A stretch of 42,901 nt of DNA from the NCBI GenBank assembly GCA_000708835.1, contig DF237642.1, forward strand, positions 1 to 42,901, read 5' to 3'. This document shows positions 36,500 to 42,901 of the stretch, piece after piece. Origin of the DNA: Klebsormidium nitens. Its lineage: Eukaryota > Plantae > Klebsormidiophyceae. A program made the position numbers and the translations under genes. The notes beneath the pieces are model-generated. The model ran no database searches and was not told the DNA's origin. It saw only the letters and a list, made by a program, of their open reading frames with translations. Each line of letters starts with the position of its first letter. Position 1 is the stretch's first letter.

Positions 36500-36860
36500 G
36501 CAAGCACTGTAGTATCACCCTGCTGAACCACACCTTGTCGAAGGTTCCTAGGGAATACACGTTTTCGCCTCTGAAACTTGTTTGCAACATGTGGTCTGGC
36601 CAGCCGTAAAGCATACAGAAAGCATGTGGTCAACACTTTAATGTCATCCTGTTGGACCACACCCTGTTGACGCTTCTCAGGGAATACACGTTTCGCTTCT
36701 TGCAACGTGTGGTCCAGCCAGGCGCAAGCCCGGCCAGCATGTAAAAGCCTATGCGGCAAGCACTGCAGTGTCACTTTGCGTGACCACACCTTGTCAATGG
36801 TTTTCAGAAACCCGGGTTTTGTGCTACGAAGAGCCGTGTGCAAGGTGTGGTCCAGTCATT
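36500..36860. repeat. Tandem array C: ~126-130 bp unit, 3 diverged copies
   Basis: AAGCACTG...ACCACACCTTGTC...GCAACATGTGGTC motifs recur at ~36502, 36632, 36758. Confidence 0.8.
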
Positions 36861-36942
36861 TGTGGGTGGCTCCTTTTGGGATGGCAGGGGAGCAGTGCAA
36901 ACGGGCGATGGTTTTTAATGCAATAGCGCTTCCTCTCCGCAG

Positions 36943-37325
36943 GTGGCAGGAGGGTCGTAACAATGCGGCGCTTTTCAGGAGCCCCATGGGCACTGGGAAG
37001 TCGACAAACAACCGTGCTATCCTCGAGGAGGCGCCCCGTCCGCGCGCTGTCCTCATGACCACGTATTGCCAAACACAAGCCAGCGATGCAGCCGGGAAGA
37101 ACCAGAATCTGCGCGCTACGGCGATCTCAAAACCAGATGCGGGCGCGATGTCGGGGAGCGCTTTGTCGAGCCCCTGGCCGACAGGGAGCTCTACCCGCGT
37201 GTCATCCGCCAGGTCGACAGCCTGCCCGGGCTCCTTGACGAAGATCCGCTCGTCCCGGCCTTTGACCTCGTCATTCTTGACGAGAGCGAGTCAATCCTCC
37301 CGCACCTCTCGGCAGACACCCTCTC
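36943..37325 (+). pseudogene. Frameshifted fragment of a UL9-like / replication origin-binding SF2 helicase (NCLDV-type)
   Basis: Walker A FRSPMGTGKS (AGG at 36977), then RAVLMTTYCQTQA; frameshift at ~37097-37100; second frame gives RVIRQVDSL and Walker B FDLVILDESESILPHLSADTL (GAC at 37279). Motif order and spacing fit the origin-binding-protein family; truncated after motif II. Confidence 0.78.
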
Positions 37326-37614
37326 GAGCGGGTTCGACAGCTGGTCGACCCCTTAATCTTGTGCTTCGTAAGGAAGGGCATCAACCTGCCCACGACGGGG
37401 CCAGAGGAACGCGGGTACAGGATGGCGATGGGGAAGAATGTCGGACGGGTTCCAAGGCTCGGGTTTGAGGAGACGTGACCAGCTCAAAACCGGTTGGGTC
37501 AAGGTCCAGAACCCCCTATGACTGCGTGGAGCGGAGATCGCTTTCTCGCAGAATCCGCGCGCGCACGTGGCCTCTGCATCTGCATCTGCTCTGACTCAGC
37601 CACATCTCCTGCAG

Positions 37615-37764
37615 GATTGTCCCGTTCGTTGCCGGGGGCCCAGCCAACCTCAGCACGGGCAGGATGCTGGACTTCGTCAGTGTGACGTCACCGAACGGCC
37701 CCGATGGTTACCTCACCTATTCCGGTAGCCTAACGCAGCCGCCCTGCACCGAGGGCGTCACCTG
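37615..37764 (+). pseudogene. Orphan exon of an alpha-carbonic anhydrase with its upstream intron end
   Basis: CTGAC...CTCCTGCAG acceptor, then IVPFVAGGPANLSTGRMLDFVSVTSPNGPDGYLTYSGSLTQPPCTEGVT, matching the alpha-CA Y-x-Y-x-GSLT-x-PPC-x-E-x-V-x-W motif; breaks exactly within the Trp codon. Not in the ORF track. Confidence 0.85.
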
Positions 37765-39946
37765 TTCAGCGGAATCGGCCTTCTGATGGAGCGGGACAAG
37801 GAGACTAAGTACTTTTGGACCGGGACCGGACGCAGTAGGAATCAAAGGGAAAGTTGGTCGCTAACCAGGGCAATAACCAGACTTCACCCCTGGTTAGTGG
37901 GCAAGTAACCATGCCAACAAGGCTGGTTATGCCCTGGACCTGGTTGTTGGACATGTAACCAGGCCGTAAACAGCTGTTAACCAGCCCCGTTTATCGGGCG
38001 AAAGCCCCTGTGTCGATAGCTGACGTAGTGCGATTCAGGATTCCAACGGTGTCCCCGGTCCTGATCCAAGAAGTACTGACTCTCCCTGTCCCCGCTCGAA
38101 TAGCTTACGTCAGCGTGTGATATCTAGCACGCGCGCTGACTTTTCTGGTGTCCGCACTAAGCAATGAGCGGCGTTCGTGCATGAAAGGCCAGGTGTGTGA
38201 CGCCTCCGTTGGCTTATTCTGGCTGAAGGATTTGTGTGTGGGTATCCAAACGCTGCAAACAAGTTAGATTCTGGTCTGATATTACTTGCCGTCTTTGTAG
38301 ACTGCCCGAAATCGCATTCCAAAGATCAACACTTTTTGGAACCTGCTTGGGAACGTGCCCCGGTTGAAAGAGCTGGATTTGTAAAGGAACGAGTGGGCTT
38401 GTCTCGCCCTTTTCTCAGCAACAACCATCCTAAATTGCTGCTGCAGTGCCTTCTTACTTTCTTCTATCGTACGTGCTCTCGCAGGTTCATCACGACCAAG
38501 CCCCGGTACGCTTCCCAGGCCCAGATCATCCTTCTTATGAGCGCCACAGCTGGTGTGTCCGGGGCAGCCCGGACGAACAACCGGCCAACTCAGCCTCTGT
38601 ACAGCAGAACCATCTTCAGGATCGGCCTGACATAGAGTGCGAGTTCGAAACGCGAATCCTCCCGTCCCATTGGCCACGGGTCATTAGAGGTATAGCCCCT
38701 ATGGGATACTGGTTGATTGCAGTCCGGAAGACTTATTCTCGTCCAGACCGTCATCCGGGCAACTTGGCAAGGTTTCCAAACGCATATGAATCGTTCTAGA
38801 GAGATTATAACGAGTTTTTTGACGAGAACAAAACCCAAACTGATAATCGAGCTCTTTTCAAGTCAGAGAAAACCCAATCTACTTTCTCTTAAATGCTGTG
38901 ATGCCATTGGACATGATGGATTTGACTGTCAGAGCTTAAGGAATGCATTCGCAGCCCACCATCTTTGGTTGGCGTACACGGCTCGCGGCGAGACAAAAAA
39001 TGGAACTTCCGCGGGCCCCATCTTTGACAGAGCCAAGATACTAGCAAAAGCATGAACTTTGTAAAGTCTTCATATGAATCTCTCTTAAATTGGCCGGCTT
39101 CTTCAGGACCATACTCCCAGCTTGCGTAATGGTTTTCTTATATCCTGGTGTTAGGATACGTACAGCGCCATCAATCGCATGTAAGTAGTACATGGGCTAG
39201 GAGAGAATGTTACTTGCTGATCAGAGCCGGGCGCGTTGAAGGCCGGCTGGCCGCGCTCGGGAATCACGCCTGTTGCAGTTAAACGGATGTACATTCATGC
39301 ATGCACGATAAATGGGCAAGAGGACTTGATAGGAAAGGGCGTGTATGTATATGATCATTCATTGAACTGTAGTATTGTAGAAAACATGCACTGTAGAATT
39401 CTTGTAGAAAACACTGTAGAATTCTTTGAGGTAACCTAGGAGGGGTAGACATTGTGAAAACGTAGCAGCAACGCAACCCTATTGATTCGATAGAGTATTG
39501 GGGCACGAAAGCCTGTTGCGAGAATTAGACCCTCTCTAACCCGCTCTACGCCCGACACATGAACTCGGTCCTTTGAATACAAGCTGATTAAATCAATCAA
39601 CTGTGAACCATGCCGCATGCACGGGCCATGATCTGGGCTGCTTCAAACTGAGTCTCGCCATACTTACAGTCGAAAGTATGGCACTTATCCTTACATCGGT
39701 CGATTCCAAACAATCATGTCATTGCAACTACGCTAAACTGGTCCAGGGCTGGTTACAACGAAGTGCGTTGTTGATGGCTGAGTATGACTGTCTATGTAGA
39801 ACCACGAACATACCCTTCTGTGTTGTGAGATTCCAGGTGCACCCAGTCATGATGACTCCAACTCCTTCAGGACCATGGCGTCACTAGTATTTTGTTGCGT
39901 GTGCAGGCAGGGACCCTAAGTACAGCAACTCAATGCACCGCCAGAT

Positions 39947-42513
39947 CTAAGCGAACCCTGCTGCTTCCACCTTGGCCCACAGCCCCTGTTGCTGCAGAAG
40001 CTCTCGGTGGAACTCCAGCCACCTTCTCAAGGACGCCTCTTGACCAGGGTAGGGCCACTGCTTCCAACCAGCAAGAGAGGGCAAGACGTAATCGACGTAC
40101 AGGCAGACCAGATAAGGCTCATCCTTGCTTACGGCTCTATTGTATACAAATTCCTTCACGTCAAGATTCCCCTGGATGTGAACGCCCTCGAAGCACCCCC
40201 GGTGAGCCATGTTGCCCTCAACGCCCCCACTCATGCCACGCCAGCTGGACGCGCTGGTCTTGTCCTGGCGGCCGTTTGTGAGGACCTTATGGCCGAAGCT
40301 GATGCCCCGGATGTCGGCTTTCATCATGTGCTGCACATAAGCAGCCAACTCTTTCACAAAGTGCTCTGTAGTGGGTCAAGTTGGCCACATGCGATCAGAA
40401 CAACCAATCAGCGCCATGTCTCTTGAAATCCAGCTTCCTGGATCCGGGTGAAGATACAGTGACCATTCAGAGCAGCTGAGGCAACAGAAAGTTGCACAGC
40501 AAGTATGCTCAGAGCCAACCTACAAAGCCGGCCTTTCTGAAGACGCACTGGTAATTAACGACGAACAGCCAGCAAAATCCATCTCTGTCTAGAGACCCGC
40601 AGTCCAGCAGCTTGAGTAGGGAATTAAATCACAAAGGGAACAATCGAGCTCGCCAAATATACACCACAAAACCATCCTCTTCAAAGCAGAGGCGTCACAA
40701 CCACAAAAGAGGCTCAACAAGCTTGTTCTGCTCAAGGGCCACCTACAACAAGCAGCTGCTAAGGCGTTGGGTATCTTGCGAGCTGGATGGCATGATCAAC
40801 ATCTAACCCACCTTGTTGATGGCGTAAGCCAGCACTGGCCGGTCCGCCACTGTCACTGGGTGCCCCAGGCAAATCGGGACATCCTTGAGGTCCACCTCCC
40901 CTGCACAAAGCAAAGACACTGAGCATGTGCAAATCTGGCACAGCCGTCATGGGGAGCTGTTCCCACAATTTACTGCCGGCTGATGCGAAAGGCTAACTAG
41001 GTTGATTGGTCCGATCAAGATCTGCAGGCGCAACCCCAAGCAGAACTGTAGGAGCAGAAACATCTTACTTTATAAGCAGAACTTTTCAAAACGCAGGTCT
41101 TAGAAAGCAACCGAAGAAACAACACCATATGCAGGATTGTAAGGGGTACTGCTATGCAATCAGCAAGCAACTAGAAAGAAGAGAAGAGCTTTTGTCAGAT
41201 ATCAGAAATCTCTGGAAACCCCTCGCATAGAGACCACATGCCAGATGGGTGTCCACCATTTTCCTGCTCACCAGGTGTCCCAGAGAGGAAGATGGGCAGG
41301 TGCTCGTCCAATTCTGTAGAGGGATCGCCTGATGGGACGAAGAATCTGTTCTGGCTGTTCGGCCTGGCTTTGCTGGGGTCAATCTCCACAACGAGAAGTA
41401 GTACATCGACGTGCTTCTCGAACAGCTCTCCATCGGCGGGATTTTTGTAGTAACGGGCTTGGAGGGGATTTCCAGACTTGTCAGGGCTCGAGGGGGGACT
41501 ACGAACTTCGGTATTTAGCAGGTTATACTTGGTGCGATCCTCCTCGCCGTGAACTGCGATCCTGTACCTCATTCCTGAGGCCCGTGTGAGAGCACATCCT
41601 GACAAAATACTGTCGGACCAGAAGCCGCGCTCCAACACCTCATCGCTGGTGCTAGTGTTATGTGCCGCACTCAGGTGGTACTGATAGTACTTGTCACCTG
41701 CAGCAGGATGTACTTCCTCAGAGGTGCAATCTTCCCTTCCTAGTGCAGGGTACAGAAGGCAGTGCTCTTTCTCAATCCCATTTCTGCAAGCCTCAACCTC
41801 AACACCTATGTCCTGGAAATCTGAAGTTTACTGCCTCAAAGAATCTCGACTTCCTGCATTTTCTGCATTGAAATATAGGAAAACATGTCAAGACCAGCTT
41901 AGCCCTTCTTTTATGGTAACAGAATGCCAATAAAGAGCTCCATTGAATGGATGACCATCTTTGACGCTGCCTCATGCTCTGACTACCCATACATATGACC
42001 ACAGACGAGATCCCACATCAGACACAAAAGCATACCTTGTGCCTGGAGGTTGAAGATGGGGATGCTCTTGAGGTATGGGGAGACTGCAAAGGTTGAGCCA
42101 TAGCCAGAGAAAGACCTTATGCACCCAACCGGCAGGTCTCCGAAACCTGTGCTCGTTCCAACCTGCTGCAGAATGTTCCGGTCCAAGTCCGACAGATATG
42201 CAAGTGACGGGGTTCTCAGGCGCCCTAAGTTATCAAAGGTAAGGATCTGGCGGTAGTTCTTCAGGTCGACGGGTCCAGTGAGATCGATGCTTTTGATAGG
42301 CATCAATCGCTCTAGCCCTGTGATCTTATCGTCCTCCTCTTTGAGACCCAATTCCGACCAACTTGCCACCAGACCTTCCACTTGTCCCCTGACCTCTGGA
42401 TTCTCGACAACATCGCTGCTGCATTCATCTGCAGGAAACTCAACCGATCTGAAGCTATCTGCAGCCACCTTGGACACCTTCTGGGGGGTCACCGGCTCCT
42501 GGTCGAAGTCCAT
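39947..42513 (-). CDS. Uncharacterised multi-exon protein (possibly decaying); no family recognised
   Basis: Phase-consistent exons 42513-42036, 41697-41272, 40900-40812, and a last exon 40365-39947. The link between 40812 and 40365 could not be resolved without a stop; the start is provisional. Confidence 0.55.
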
Positions 42514-42901
42514 GGAGTGCCGTCTCAGGCCTGGCGACTCAGTTTTAGTTCCACAGCTGACTCTGAGGAGCTTGCTTGCCCGCAGGCCTCTGTGTAAGGT
42601 ACAGGCCTGAGTTCACAAGGAGTCAGCGACTTTCAGAGAAGATTTGAGGTTGCTCCGATCTCCTCGATCCTAAAACGAGAGAGAAGGCATACTTACCTGT
42701 TATTCAGCTAGGACAGAGAGGACCACCGACACTGACCACACCCCCCGGGACATGTCGCAAAAGTTCACGAACAGTATTACCTATACGACCGGTGGGGATT
42801 CCCACCCAACCCAGCCCCGGACATCGCCGCCCAGCACTTACCATTACCAAACTCTGGTGAACCGTTCCCGTCCCAACGGTTCCTCCTGAAGCACTCCCTT
42901 G

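Noticed and set aside
37765-37830. FSGIGLLMERDKETK as the start of a CtpA/S41 PDZ domain
   Set aside because: Too short to assign; kept only as an unidentified fragment.
37780-38010. Hammerhead ribozyme (CTGATG… and GAAA hairpin)
   Set aside because: The CTGAnGA core is not adjacent to stem II and stems I/III cannot be formed.
38473-38626. Minus-strand pseudo-exon with AG/GT ends and one in-frame TGA
   Set aside because: One stop in ~51 codons is not distinguishable from chance and no partner exons or motif were found.

Overview
Eukaryotic, intron-rich nuclear DNA. Gene content (LPA3, plastid chorismate synthase, plant-type PUX and GONST) and intron style point to a streptophyte green alga such as Klebsormidium (inference). 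Four conserved spliced genes could be fully reconstructed by hand with GT-AG boundaries and consistent phases: a UBA-UIM-UBX PUX protein (-, 6062-12691), a GONST-type GDP-sugar transporter (+, 13223-17006), LPA3 (-, 17989-23346) and chorismate synthase (+, 23998-29083). They form two head-to-head pairs. Two uncharacterised multi-exon genes follow (+ ~31148-33880; - 39947-42513). The left end holds two CpG-rich satellites, one of which brackets a decayed 3.3 kb interval. 34-38 kb is a mosaic accessory block: three tandem arrays, a frameshifted UL9-like (giant-virus-type origin-binding) helicase fragment, an orphan alpha-carbonic anhydrase exon and a possible Helitron-like end. The most unusual recurring pattern is 3-4-copy tandem duplication of splice junctions (four cases in three genes). 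Each sits beside a very GC3-rich exon, and every extra copy that retains a splice site leads to a premature stop if used. All homology calls are from motif recognition by eye; no searches were run.
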